NCBI GenBank assembly: GCA_949358305.1
Contig: OX442314.1
Location: 25,048,001 to 25,112,000 of the forward strand
Reading direction: 5' to 3'
DNA from: Strigamia acuminata
Taxonomy: Eukaryota
DNA: 64,000 bases
Shown here piece by piece: positions 37,626 to 49,652 of the stretch (its first letter is position 1; each line of letters begins with the position of its first letter). The position numbers were made by a program, and so were the translations under genes. Under the pieces are notes generated by a model that was not told where the DNA came from, searched no databases, and was given only the letters and a program-made list of their open reading frames with translations.

Positions 37626-37871
37626 TCAAAATAACTTTCGTTTTATGAGATTGATTAAGTTTGTCCACCATCGTGGGGATCGTGGGTAACGCTCACACTT
37701 TGAACATGAACAACACCCAGTGCATGGTGCGCAGTATGGTCTCGCAGCATAGTAGCCATCACCGCACTTAATGTTCGGACATGGATTTAAACACTGTGGA
37801 CATGACCATGGAACACCAGCTGATGTTGATCCGAATACCACTATCAAAATGAAGGTAATCTGAAAAAGCAT
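37626..37871 (-). CDS. Array locus 8: exon 1 deleted, but exon 2 begins with its own ATG; extended C-terminus
   Basis: MLFQITFILIVVFGSTSAGVPWSCPQCLNPCPNIKCGDGYYAARPYCAPCTGCCSCSKCERYPRSPRWWTNLINLIKRKLF*; alignment to locus 4 shows loss of the segment containing ATGAAG|GT. Confidence 0.6.
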   Translation of the reverse strand: MLFQITFILIVVFGSTSAGVPWSCPQCLNPCPNIKCGDGYYAARPYCAPCTGCCSCSKCERYPRSPRWWTNLINLIKRKLF

Positions 37872-38119
37872 CTGAAAATAAATAAATACAAATGTGTAAC
37901 AAGAGTGTGATTTGTTGCAAAATTCTACAATTTCTGCTTCTTTTCCTTTACAGTCTTATACTCTGTGATTATATACTCTCGCTTATTTTTTGTGAATTTT
38001 TATTATAATTTTATTATCATTAGTTAATTATTGCTATAAACTATAAATTTCATTACTGAATAATTTGCTGCAATAAGTGTAAATATACACAAAGTATTTT
38101 AATTGGTCTAAACAAATAA

Positions 38120-38371
38120 AAAATATCCACAACGTCCACGTGTTGGATATAGCATGGTGGGCTCACAAACTGATATTCAGGACCACACACAGGTGATGGT
38201 CCACAAATATTGCACATAGTAATAGCAGCTAATGATGTTAATGAGAGCAGCATACTCGAATGAACAAAATAAGAAAAGAACATAGAAATAAACAAATATC
38301 ACTCTGACTTTTGAAATTTAATATAAAAAAATTAATAAATATCTCAGATTTAGTGTCAAACATACCTTCAT
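38120..38371 (-). pseudogene. Array locus 9, decayed
   Basis: Exon 1 at 38371-38366 is intact, but the acceptor AG is lost, there is a frameshift after PPC, Cys-to-Arg changes and a 3' truncation. Confidence 0.8.
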
Positions 38372-39089
38372 TTTGCTGTCTTCCTGCAAAATAATTGGAA
38401 AACACAATATTTAAACTGTATATTTTTAAGATTTAATTGTTTCCTGTAATAAATTTTTTTTTTTAAATTTATAGCCGCCTGTTCTTTTATTCTCATTTTG
38501 TCGCAATAGTAACTTTCGCATTTTTTAATAAACGAATGGCGCCAACCTTGAATATTATATTTATTTTATTTACTAACGGCTGGTGTCTAGGGCTTATATT
38601 CCATAATTGCGGCGAAATCTTTTAAAAACAACGCTACCAACTAGATTTTCTGTGGTTTTTGCAGTTATCGGTACAAACGCAAAGTTGGGTTCTTACAAAG
38701 TCGTTCCATTGTCTAGAAGTGGGTGGTCATGACTCATGACCATCCAAAATGTCAAAAATAGAACAAAAACATTCTAAAAAAAACACTACAAAAAATTTGT
38801 GTATCATACTTTAGATGCGGTTCACTTTTCCTCATTTTGATGCAATGAGGCATAAAGTTAAACTTTAAATGGACTGATTGTGAATAACATGACTCAAATG
38901 TTTGTTGTGTGCACAGTATTTTATTTTTTATTTTTTAAGTTAAAATTTTTATTATTTACTGATAGATGTATGTGAGCAATGTGTATTAAATGCAAGAACA
39001 GTAAAAACTAAAAAAAAATTGAGTAACTTTTGCTTTATTTTCAATATTATACAGAATAATTCAATATTAAGTTCAGAGTTTGATACGAT

Positions 39090-40217
39090 TTATGCATTTG
39101 TGTCGCGCTCACAATATGAACAGCTACAACAAGAAGTTCCATTACATTCAGGGTTTACAAGGTGATAGCCATCATCGCATTTGAGCTCTTCACAATAACG
39201 TGCACATCTTGGACAAACTAGAGGTATTGCTAATGAGAGTATCAAAATCGAAATACAGACAATTTGACAGAGAATCTGAAAATAAATAAATAAATAAACA
39301 ATTTAACTACGACGGCGTGTACGTTTTATGTAGGTAATTGAGAGAACAGTATTGTCATGGTTTACTAATTACTGTACCCGTATTTTTTTTCCTGTGCGTT
39401 TAACTTTAAACTTTATTGGTTATGATATTAACTGTTTATCTCGAATTAACCTTACTTGTTAGTATACTCTGTCTGACCTTAATAATAGAGTAAACTCCAG
39501 CTTCATTACTCCTAACGGTGGAGTGTGTGAACCCACAAGCGAAAATAGTTCTCTTTTTGTTTGAATTTTTCCAATTTGATTAGTCCATCACTTTAAGTTT
39601 AGTGGTTTTGTGTATACTAACTAATAAAATGTTTTTTCTCTTCATGCAATTAATGTGTAGTCTGTTTTTACTCTAATTTGCTTGAGTTTACACTTTATTG
39701 GTTAATTTTTCCGGGAGGTAAACAACATTTGAACTGGTTGTTGCTTGTTTTGCCTGGAATGATTCCAAAATGTCGTCAAATAACTCTGGTAGTTGTTGTG
39801 TTGTTACTAAAACCTGATGTATTGTTCTACTTTTCAGTATCACTACACCAGTGAAAAGGCCTCGACCATTGGGACTTTTCTCTATTCTAAAGGTCAGACA
39901 AAGTATAGTTCCCTCTAAATTTCCTCTTATTTGCACTATTTGGTCCTTCTAGTTTTCCATAGATTCTATTAATGATTTTTTAATTGTTTAAAGCTACATC
40001 CTGTTTTTATGCTTAGTTGCTTACTTTTATTTGTAATTATTGATCCAATGGCGATTAAATTCAAATTGATTGCGGGGCATATGCGACACGTAATCCCGCT
40101 TTGTATGTGTACCTGGCCAGACTTCAGTCCAGGCTCTCTCAATTTACATCATATCCGAGCGTCTTTCAAACGCTGGTTTGACCATAGAAACTGGTTCTTA
40201 AGAGTACGTACCTTCAT
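39090..40217 (-). CDS. Cys-rich secreted peptide, locus 10, 9-Cys subfamily (exons 40217-40212, 39275-39090)
   Basis: MK|ILCQIVCISILILSLAIPLVCPRCARYCEELKCDDGYHLVNPECNGTSCCSCSYCERDTNA*. Confidence 0.82.
39465..39905. mobile_element. TACTC-family MITE in the locus 10 intron
   Basis: TACTCTGTCTGACCTTAATAATAGAG...CTCTATTCTAAAGGTCAGACAAAGTA with TA flanks; empty site at ~41255; internal motifs shared with 18467-20641. Confidence 0.85.
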
Positions 40218-40997
40218 GTTGTTGTTTCAGGCAAATTTGTTGTAAAAGTGTGGTTTATTGCGGAAGTTTGCATTTCTGCTGCTTTGCATATACCATTTCG
40301 TCACACTGAGTTCTCATTCGCTGATTGGTCAAAATTGGAGACAAACTGTTTAGCGCTGTATGGTGACGACTAAATGTACTAACAGAGTGTTTACTGGATT
40401 TTTTAATTTGTTGATTGCTTTTTCACTGAAAAGTTGGTTTTCTTTTGCCAAAAAGTATTTTTTGTTGCTAAAAATTTGCCGGTAGTTAAATTTTGTTGGT
40501 AAATTTTATTTTTGTTCTAAAGTGATTTTTTTTTAATGAAAACTGGTGTTTGATTTAAAAACTGGAACTGGACTCTGCCGGTTTTGGGTCTGAGAGCGAG
40601 CAATGTGTGAAACACAAGAGGTGATAATACAGCCTTGTCTTCAGTCATGCTTTCATGATTAGGTGAAATATGAAATTATTCACAATTTTAATTGCCAGCG
40701 TACAGTGAGGATCTAGTTTTTTTGAACACGACAGATGGTTTTATTCAGTTTGTCTTGTGGTCAGTGTCTCGAGCCTTTTCCGTGAAGGTGACATCCGGGG
40801 CCAGAAACAACTCTTGGCATTTGGGAACTCTGTTGCTCGTGATCGGTAACGGTGAAATTATTGTTTCTTCTTATTCTTTTATGTTGCAATTAATTATCAG
40901 GCGTAAGAACATTCAGAAACTTTTGATTTATTTTTATTATTTAATTTTTGAACAGAGTAACTCAAAATTAGTTTGAGTTTAGTACAAGTCGTTCATC

Positions 40998-41571
40998 TTA
41001 TGTGTTAATCTCACACTTTCCACATCCACAACATCCACTGCATGGTGGACATATTGGTTCCACAAGGTGATAGCCATCTTCGCACGAAACTTTCTTACAC
41101 ACTGGGCAAACATGTCAACCTAATGCCAATGAGAGTACTACAATCAAAGCGCAAATGAGTTGGAGAAGAATCTGAAAAGAAATACGGAGTATATAAATAC
41201 ATGTGTGCCAATTTAACTGGTTCTTATTTTAATTGTTTATTTTGAATTAAACTTAGTAATTCTCTCTAAATTTCCTCTTATTTGCACTATTTGGTTCTTC
41301 TAGTTTTCCATACATTCTATTAAAGGTTTTTTAATTGTTTAAACTTATATCCTGATTTTTATGCTTAGAAGCTAATTTTTATGTGCAATTATTGATCCGA
41401 TGGCGATTAAATTCAAATTGATTTCGGGGCATATGGGACACGTAATCCCGCTTTCTATGTTTATACATGGCCAGACTTCAGTCCAAGCTCTATCAATTTA
41501 CATCATATCCGAGCGTCTTTCAAACGCCATTTTGACCATAGAAACTAGTTGATGAGAGAACTTACTTTCAT
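40998..41571 (-). pseudogene. Array locus 11, nonsense codon after the signal peptide
   Basis: MK|ILLQLICALIVVLSLALG*HVCPVCKKVSCEDGYHLVEPICPPCSGCCGCGKCEINT*; it also lacks one Cys by deletion. Confidence 0.85.
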
Positions 41572-41651
41572 TTTGTTGTTTCAGACAAACTCGCGTTGTA
41601 TCAAGTGTGGTTTATTACGAAAGTTTTTAATTTCTGCTGATTTGCATATAC

Positions 41652-41864
41652 TGTTGGAATTCAATGAGAGGAGATGGCATTGATTGTTGCTGATATCCTT
41701 CGTTTATTCAGCTCGCACGTTATTGCAACGATCTGCACGTCCCCGCAACGTCACCGGAAGTCACGTGATAGGTCAGTGGCACAGTCACACAACTCCCCCT
41801 GGCGGTGGGAGACCCTCATACGGGATTTCAAATACATTGGACCAGGTGACACAAAATAACAACA
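41652..41864. mobile_element. Solo LTR (213 bp)
   Basis: TGTTG...CAACA termini, 5-bp TSD TATAC; paralogues show the empty site. Confidence 0.85.
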
Positions 41865-42297
41865 TATACTATTTCGTTAGTCTGAGTTCTGATTTGCTGA
41901 TTAGACAAAATGAAACACAAACTTTTTAGCGCTGTATGGTGACGGCTAAGTGAACTAACAGCGTATTTACTCGTTAATTTTTTTGCGGATTTTTATTATT
42001 ATTTATATTATTATGATTAGGTTGATTAATATAATTATTATTATTGCTATAAACTATAAATCTCATTAATATACAATACAATAGATTTTGAGGATATAAA
42101 GATAATTGGCAAGATTTTTTATTGATAAAACAGAATATTTTGAATATACCAGTACATTAATGTTTAGAAAAAATTTGAAACCGGCCCTAACATCGGTTTT
42201 AGGACTCAGACAGTAAATCTTGAAAACCAAATCCCTTTAGCTTTATTTATTTTCTGATCAGAATACTCAAATGTTTGGAGTATTTGTACGATATTTC

Positions 42298-42579
42298 TTA
42301 ATCTACTACACGGCTTTATGGCTGACAAGTTTTGCATCCACAACATCCACAAGGATGACATGGTGGTCGACCCACAAGGTGATACCTGTGACACATGCAG
42401 GTGGCGGCCCACAATATAAGTCACACGTTACACTCACAGCAGCTGATCATGTTAATAAGAGCATCACATTAAAAAAATTGAAATAGAATCTACCGGTAAA
42501 AAAAATATAATTTTTGATTTTTGTGATTTAATAAATAGATAAATAATTATTTGGGAATTAGTGTCAATCATACCTTCAT
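42298..42579 (-). pseudogene. Array locus 12, decayed copy of locus 3
   Basis: MK|ILFQFF* plus a further stop and a frameshift; remnant VTCDLYCGPPPAC..YHLVGRPPCHPCGCCGCKTCQP. Confidence 0.85.
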
Positions 42580-42777
42580 TTTGCTTTCTTCCTACAAAAT
42601 ACAGTAATTGTATTAGGAGTTTGTTCGCGAATATTTATACTTTTTATTTTTACGATTTAATAGTTTTCCTGTAATTAAATTGCTTTTTTTAAATTGGTAT
42701 GCTTTGCTTGATACTTTTGTTATCCTCATTTTGTCACAATAGCGTAGTAGTTTTTTTTAACAAACGAATGTCGCAGT

Positions 42778-43321
42778 GGGCAGGGTTCAGATTAGCGCAA
42801 ATCAAATTTGCGCGACCCGTATTTGCGCGATTCAAATTTGCGCCGACCCAAATTTGCGCAAACCCAAATTTGCGCGTGGTCAAATTAGCTCGACGCATGC
42901 GCAGAACGTTTCGTCGCCGCCGCTGTTAGGCTGAGTCCGCCTCTCGTATTCCTAAGAATGCCTAACAAGGGGGGGCTAGCGCCCCCCCTTGACCCCCCGC
43001 GAACCTAACCTTACCACTTTTTTTAAGCAATTCTCCTTCCATTGAGTATTGGTCGGAAATTAAATAAAAGGCAACTAAATGAAGGGCGACGAATGAAGAA
43101 ACCCCGCAAAGGGGGTTGAGGATATCCCAAGGCGCGCCCTGGCGGTCAGTCGTGACGTATGTTGTGCAAATTTGGACCGGCGCAAATTTGGGTCGGCGCA
43201 AATTTGGGTCGGCGCAAATTTGGGTTGGCGCAAATTTGAATCGCGCAAATTTGGGCCGGCGCAAATTTGAGCCAAAATAAAGACGGCGCAAATTTGGGTC
43301 GCGCAAATTTGGTGCTGGCCG
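42778..43321. mobile_element. Foldback-like non-autonomous DNA transposon (MULE/hAT-type)
   Basis: 8-bp TSD GTCGCAGT (42770-42777 and 43322-43329); oppositely oriented arrays of ~16-bp AAATTTGCGCCGACCC units in the two arms. Confidence 0.8.
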
Positions 43322-43889
43322 GTCGCAGTAACCTTGAATTTTATATTTATTTTATTTACTAATGACACGTGTTTGTAGGGCTTATATTCGATAATTGCGG
43401 CGGAATGCTTTACAACAGCGCTTCCAAGTAGATTTTCTGTGGTTATTACAGTTATCGGTCCAATCGCAAAGTTTGGTCCTCACAAAGCTGTTCCATGGCT
43501 TAGTAGTGAGGAGTCATGACCATGCAAAGTGTCAAAAATAGAACAAATACATTCTAAAAAATACACTGTATAAAAAATTGACTTTTAATACTTTTTTAAA
43601 AAAAAAACTGGATGTTCAATTTTCCTCATTTCCTCATCATGGCATAAAATTAACTTTAAATGGACGGATTTGTGAATAGCATGACTCAAATGTTTGTTGT
43701 GTACACAATATTTTATTTTTATTTTTTTAAAATTAAAATTTTATTATTAACTGCTAGATATACGTGCACAATGTGTATTGAATGCAAGAACAGTAAAAAC
43801 TAAAACAAAATTAAGTAACTTTAGCTTTATTCTCAATATTCATTTTGTGAACAGAATAACTCAATGTGAAGTTCAGAGTTTGATACAAT

Positions 43890-44079
43890 TTATTGAGTTT
43901 TGTCGATTTCACAATGTGAACAGGGACAACAAGGTTCTCCATGACATGGTTGTTGTACAAGGTGATAACCATCATCGCACTGGGGGTCCTCACATATAAA
44001 TAAACAGTTTGGACAAACTAGAGGTATTGCTAATGAGAGTATCAACATCAAAATACAGACTATTTGACAGAGAATCTGA

Positions 44080-44113
<34 letters not shown>

Positions 44114-44317
44114 ACTACGAAAGCGTGTACGGTTTACGTATGTAATTGAGAGAACAGTATTGTCATGGTTTACTAATTACCCGTATTCCTTTTCCTGTGT
44201 GTTTAACTTTAAGTTTAATTGGTTTTGATATTCAGTCCAGGCTCTCTCAATTTACATCATATCCATTAAACGCCATTTTGACCATAGAAACTGGTTTATG
44301 GAGGTGCGTACCTTCAT
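43890..44317 (-). CDS. Cys-rich secreted peptide, locus 13, 9-Cys subfamily (exons 44317-44312, 44075-43890)
   Basis: MK|ILCQIVCILMLILSLAIPLVCPNCLFICEDPQCDDGYHLVQQPCHGEPCCPCSHCEIDKTQ*. Confidence 0.85.
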
Positions 44318-44489
44318 TTTGTTGTTTCAGGCAAATTTGTTGTAAAAAGTGTGGTTTATTGCCGAAGTTTGCATTTATGTTGCTTTGCATGTACTATTTC
44401 GTCACACTGAGTTCTCATTCGCTGATTGGTCAAAATTGGACACAAACTGTTTAGCGCTGTATGGTGACGGCTAAATGTACTAACAGAGT

Positions 44490-44678
44490 TGTGACTCTGC
44501 TGGCCCCCACCTCACCCCGGCGCCACCATCGTCTGCGCACTTGACCCTTGACTCCTTGCCCGTGGTCCACTCGGGAAACCCCTTTGACCCATTTCTCTAT
44601 TCCTTTGTTTGAATAAAAGTGTGGCATTCAATCGAACGCCGTCAAACCAAACGCTTCGTCTCGTTCTTTTGTCTCACA
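44490..44678 (+). mobile_element. Solo LTR (189 bp)
   Basis: TGTGA...TCACA termini, 5-bp TSD AGAGT, internal AATAAA; empty site at ~40384. Confidence 0.87.
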
Positions 44679-44783
44679 AGAGTGTTTACTGGATTTTTTT
44701 AATTTGTTGATTGCTTTTTCACTGAAAAGTTGGTTTTCTTTTGCTACCAATTATTTTTTGTTGCTAAACGTTTGCCAGCAGTT

Positions 44784-45654
44784 ATTAGACTTCTAAACTC
44801 TATGTTTAGAAAGTCTAATGAAACGGTTCTGTCCGTCCGTCCGTCCGTCCGTCCGTCTTCAACGTCCGGTCACGTGACCTGAATGTAATGTTTCTACTTC
44901 CGGTACTTCTGGTTTGTGCAATATCCCAAAAAAATGAATTAAAAAATTAATCAGACGATTGGAAAGTAGACTTTTCTGGTGCAGTTTTTGGTCTACTTTC
45001 CAATTATAATGATAAAATTGGCATTAAATATAGTTGGAAGGGAGAAAATGCTAAATTACGGCGAAATGTAATGGAAAACAGCGCCACCTGGCGGATCCCG
45101 TAAGCTATAATGGAAGCAGAAATGTTCGTCGCGAACCAAAAAATGCTGATTTCTATCTCGAAATGAGATTTGTAAATTTTGAAACCAGTCTCATTCGACT
45201 GGAAATCGAAATCTGCACCTGCCTGTATATTTTATTTTTCAATTTGATCAAGAAAAAGTACCGTTACGATCCACGAAAGTCGGTGACCGCATGGCAAATT
45301 TGGTGGGAAATTTGAAAAAGACTGATTTTTAAAACTGAACAATTTGAATGATTAAATAAGGTTTCCTACGTGAAATTTAGCGCTGAAAACGATGGCGTCG
45401 TTACTTTTTGGATGAAATATAGTTATAAAGGCGAGAAAAGCAAATTACGGCGAAATTTAAGTAAACCGGAGCGCCACCTGGCGGAAGCCGTGACCGAAAC
45501 GTAATGTAATGTAATGAAAAGAAAATTGGACAAATGGGTGGGAAATTTGAAAAAAAACAATATTTTAAAAAACTAACCGAAGTAATCGTTTAATTAGGGG
45601 CAGGGTTTAGAAGTCTAATGTGTAATGCTTCCCTGCATTACAAATCCCTGCTTG
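44784..45654 (+). mobile_element. DINE-1/HINE-like non-autonomous Helentron (Helitron2) element
   Basis: 5' subTIR ATTAGACTTCTAAAC followed by its partial inverted copy, (GTCC)n microsatellite, internal direct repeats, 3' subTIR GTTTAGAAGTCTAAT, terminal stem-loop TGTAATGC-ttccct-GCATTACA; no TSD versus the paralogous empty site (~36315). Confidence 0.8.
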
Positions 45655-45937
45655 TATTTTGTTGTATATATTTCATAATAAAGTGAAATATGAGACAGAT
45701 GTTTTTATTCAGTTTGTCTTGTGGTCAGTGTCTCAAGCCTTTTCCGTGAAGGTGACTTCCAGAACCAGAAACAACTCTTGGTAACGGCCATATTATTGTT
45801 TCTTCTCATTCTTTTATCTTCAGTTTGTCACAATTAATTATCAGACGTAAAAACATAGATTCAGAAACTTTTGATTTATTTTCATTCTTCATTTTGTGAA
45901 CAGATTAACTCAAAATTAGTTCTGAGTTTAGTACAAG

Positions 45938-46199
45938 TCATTCATCTTGTGTGTTAATCTTACACTTTGCACACCCACAACATCCACTGCATGGTGGACA
46001 TATTGGTTCCACAAGGTGATAGCCATCTTCGCACGAAACATTCGGACATTCATAACGACACACTGGGCAATCACGTTCAGCGGATGCTAATGAGAGTACC
46101 AAAATCAAAACGCAAATAATTTGAAAAAGAATCTGAAAATAAATACGGAGTATATAAATACATGTGTGCCAGGCTTTCGGCCAAACAGCATACCTTCAT
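45938..46199 (-). CDS. Cys-rich secreted peptide, locus 14 (exons 46199-46194, 46132-45938)
   Basis: MK|ILFQIICVLILVLSLASAERDCPVCRYECPNVSCEDGYHLVEPICPPCSGCCGCAKCKINTQDE*. Confidence 0.88.
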
Positions 46200-46791
46200 T
46201 GTGTAGTTTTACGCAAATTAGTTGTCAGTTATCACTTGTTGTATAACTTTGCAATTTCTGTTGTTTTTCCTTGTTTCTCTGGCTTTTATGCTGCAAATCT
46301 TATTAAGAATCTACGAAATTTTATTTCCTCCATTCGTCACGCTGTGTTCTGATTGGACAAAACGAGTTAACGAAGTCTGTTGGTAGGCAAGTGTAACAGG
46401 TGATTATTTTACCTCAAACGTGCTTTTTAGAGCATAAAATGCTTTGACAGCAGGAAAGATGCATTTTTATGAGAAATAAATTTATTTTAGTTAAAAAAAT
46501 ATATTTTTATGCAAAAACTTGCATGCATTTTCATGTGAAATGTTTATTGGACGAAAACATGTATTTTTATGTGAAAAATGCATTCTGTACTGGTCTACTG
46601 GATTTAGGGGTCCCTGCTTCAATCGGAATCAAGAGTCAGCCCTGGTTTTTATTTTATGTCTCACAGGTCAAAGTCTGCAATTTGTAAACGTAAGAAGAGT
46701 AAATAGGAGTACAAAAAACGTCATATAACTTTAACTTTATTTTCTGATATTCAAACATTCGGAGTACAATACAATATTTCTTAAGCTAATA

Positions 46792-47050
46792 TTAAGGTAA
46801 TATCGGCTGACAAGTTGCACATCCACAACATCTACAAGGAAGACAAGTTGGTTCCACGAGGCGATACCCATCCTTACACGGTTCTAGTGGTCTACACTCA
46901 TACATACATCTTGCACAAATAGTAGGAACAGATGATGTAAACGAGATCACCGCGCACGAGATAAACAAGATTTGAAAAAGAACCTAAGAATAAGATTAAA
47001 AAACAAATTAAATCAGAAATATCACTGAGGAAAACTTTTCATACCTTCAT
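46792..47050 (-). CDS. Cys-rich secreted peptide, locus 15 (exons 47050-47045, 46983-46792)
   Basis: MK|VLFQILFISCAVISFTSSVPTICARCMYECRPLEPCKDGYRLVEPTCLPCRCCGCATCQPILP*. Confidence 0.88.
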
Positions 47051-47315
47051 TTTGCTCTTTCTACAAACGACAAACGAATTTGTTCGTAGAAATCTGTTTA
47101 TATAGTACATTTTTACTGCTGTAATTGTTTTCCTGTAATTAACTTTTCAAAAATTGGTGTGTTTGATGCATTTTTCTATCCTGTTCTTTATCCTCATTTT
47201 GACACAATTATTACAACGTAAAAACATAAAGTATAACTTTTGCTTTATTTTCATTGAACGGTTTGAGAACGATATATTCCCCCATGACGGGTTTCGGTAT
47301 CCGTATTTGCTTTAA

Positions 47316-47385
47316 CCTTTTCACTGTCAAATTCGTAAATATAAGTTTTGCCTGTGCATGCAAAACATAGTCGTCACTGAAAGGG
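47316..47385. mobile_element. Tiny piggyBac-like MITE (duplicated copy at 53936-54025)
   Basis: TTAA|CCTTTTCACTG...CACTGAAAGGG|TTAA. Confidence 0.55.
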
Positions 47386-49460
47386 TTAAGATGACTGAGT
47401 CTCAGCGGGTTGTGAGAAACAATTACACATTGGAGGTACTAGTTTGATTTAGCAGCTAGTTTCACAAACAATATTTGAGGACCTGTTCTGTTGGGTGTTT
47501 TTTATTGTTCTGGTTCTCTTTACACCTAGGAGGTACTTGTACAAGAGGGTAGGGTGACTGCTTTAACATCAAGATTAGGGCATTTAATTCGGGGATCTTG
47601 GGAATCCCGACCAGGCTGGAGTTGGCACCACACTCACATTCGCCCCAATTACAAATACAACAAATCCCAATATTTTTTTTTATCACAGAATTCAATGGTT
47701 TTTACACTAAAAGAAAGGACATTCTTCTTTATAAACCATGAAAAGCACAAATCTCGACTCCTCATAGTTTTTGTTAAGTTTAAGGTAAAAGTCTCGAATC
47801 CGATTTGGTTGCTCACAAACACACACGTTTATTCTTTAGGCCAAAATCATACATTCTGCGAATCGTACACATATCGTCATAGTAACGCCCGAAACAATTA
47901 GTAGCTATTTACATATCTCGTAGCATTATTACGCTTAATTGGAAATACATAACAGTTTTCAAATGGCAGGAAGTTAAATTTTACGCAACAAAAACTTCTC
48001 CAAATCTGGCTGGATCAATCGGATCAATCATCGGGCTACACCGATCAGACCGATCATAAGCTAGAACGATCATAACCTAGAACGATCATAACCTAGAACG
48101 ATTAGACTGATCATTAGGCTGGAACGATCAGAGTAATCATCGTTTGCCAGTGTAGGAATTTACCTATCAGCGTGTTTCTCAAAAGTGTGATTCATTTAGC
48201 TAAAAGGTATTTTTTGTTGCTAAAGCTTTGCTGGAACTTGTAATTTGCTGCTGAATCCGGGCTCAGCTATTGTCTTTGCAAGACATCAAACCAGATCGGA
48301 TTTGTTGGTCTCAGCAATCTGTAAATGTGGAGATATTGTTTTATGGTGTATGACCTTTTATTCAGTTTATTTAGTAGTCAGTGTCCTACAGTATCATTAC
48401 TCTTAGCGGCGCCGCGCTAGGCCATACCCGTTAAATGGGTTGGCGCGGCAGCCGCGATACGCCATATCACGAATATGAAGAAGCGCGGCCGTTTTGTCTG
48501 CCCCCTACCACTGCGACCCCCACTTTCCTGTCAACAAGCTGTCAATCGCCATCACTTTCGACACCCCAACTCAAAGACGTTTTCAGGGATTAAAGTCCTG
48601 TTTGAAACGTGTTTCTAATCCCACAAACCCAATATGGCGTCTCCCCAAGGATACGTTGGGCTGCGGGTCTCCCCACACTGGCCACCATCATTCCTAGCAT
48701 TCATCATCAGCAGATAAAAGATGGTCGATTAAGACGAGGGCTACATTACCAGACTTAAGTTGGTCGAGTCCACGTTGGGAGATTCCTCTCAGCACCGCGT
48801 CACGTCATACAAACGTGCCGCGCCAGATCATCAAAACCTGACTTGGTTTATGCAATGCCGCGCCAACCCATACCATGGGTATCAACAATAGCGGCGCCGC
48901 GATTGTTGATACTATGGATTTACGGCAAGATGACTTGGGTCGGATTTGAATGCCGCGCCAACTAATACCGCGCGGAGTACTCGTCACCCTTGTGGCCCTA
49001 TCTGGACCGGTTGTCCAACCCAAGTTATTCTCGTTTTTAATCCACTCTTGCCCTATTCTGCTTGCATCTTACCTATTGTGACTTCCGGAATCAGCATCTC
49101 CTCGCACTTATTGGGCCATTTGGGAACTGTTGCCTGTGATTGAAAACTGGTCACATATTCACACATTAGTTGTCATCTAATGTAAAGTTTTTGCTGTGTT
49201 TTATTTTATTTTATTTTTTTGGGGAGAATGTTTATTGGACAAAAACATTAATTTTTATGTGAAAAATGCATTTTATACTGGATCAAGGCTCCCCGCCTTA
49301 ATCCGGGTTTGAGACAGCCCAGGTTATTATTTTAGGTGTCAGTACTAGTAATTTGTAATGTAAGATAAGAAGAGTAAATACGAGTACAAGAACATCGTGT
49401 AACTTTCACTTTATTTTTTGATCCGAATACTCAAATAGTTGGAGTACGATACAATATTTC

Positions 49461-49652
49461 TTAAGGTAATATCGGCTGACAAGTTGCACATGCACAACAT
49501 CCACAAGGAGGACAAGTGTGGTGCACAAGTGTATACCCATCTGGACACGAATCTGGTGGTTTACAAGCTATCGCACACCTAACGCACTCAATAGGAAAAG
49601 TTGATGTTAATGAGAGCATCGCACACGAGATAAACAAAATTAGAAAAAGAAC
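49461..49652 (-). CDS. Array locus 16: intact exon 2 with no exon 1 of its own
   Basis: VLFLILFISCAMLSLTSTFPIECVRCAIACKPPDSCPDGYTLVHHTCPPCGCCACATCQPILP*; acceptor intact; intron homology to locus 25 breaks at ~49715. Confidence 0.55.
   Translation of the reverse strand, partial: VLFLILFISCAMLSLTSTFPIECVRCAIACKPPDSCPDGYTLVHHTCPPCGCCACATCQPILP

Noticed and set aside
40998..41171. In-frame TGA in locus 11 as selenocysteine or readthrough
   Set aside because: It falls at a non-Cys position (Lys/Arg/Glu in paralogues), the copy also has a Cys-removing deletion and an LTR in its promoter, and no SECIS was recognised.
42962..43368. ORFs with repeated PNLRRPKFA/TQICA motifs
   Set aside because: Translations of the ~16-bp subterminal repeats of the foldback-like element.
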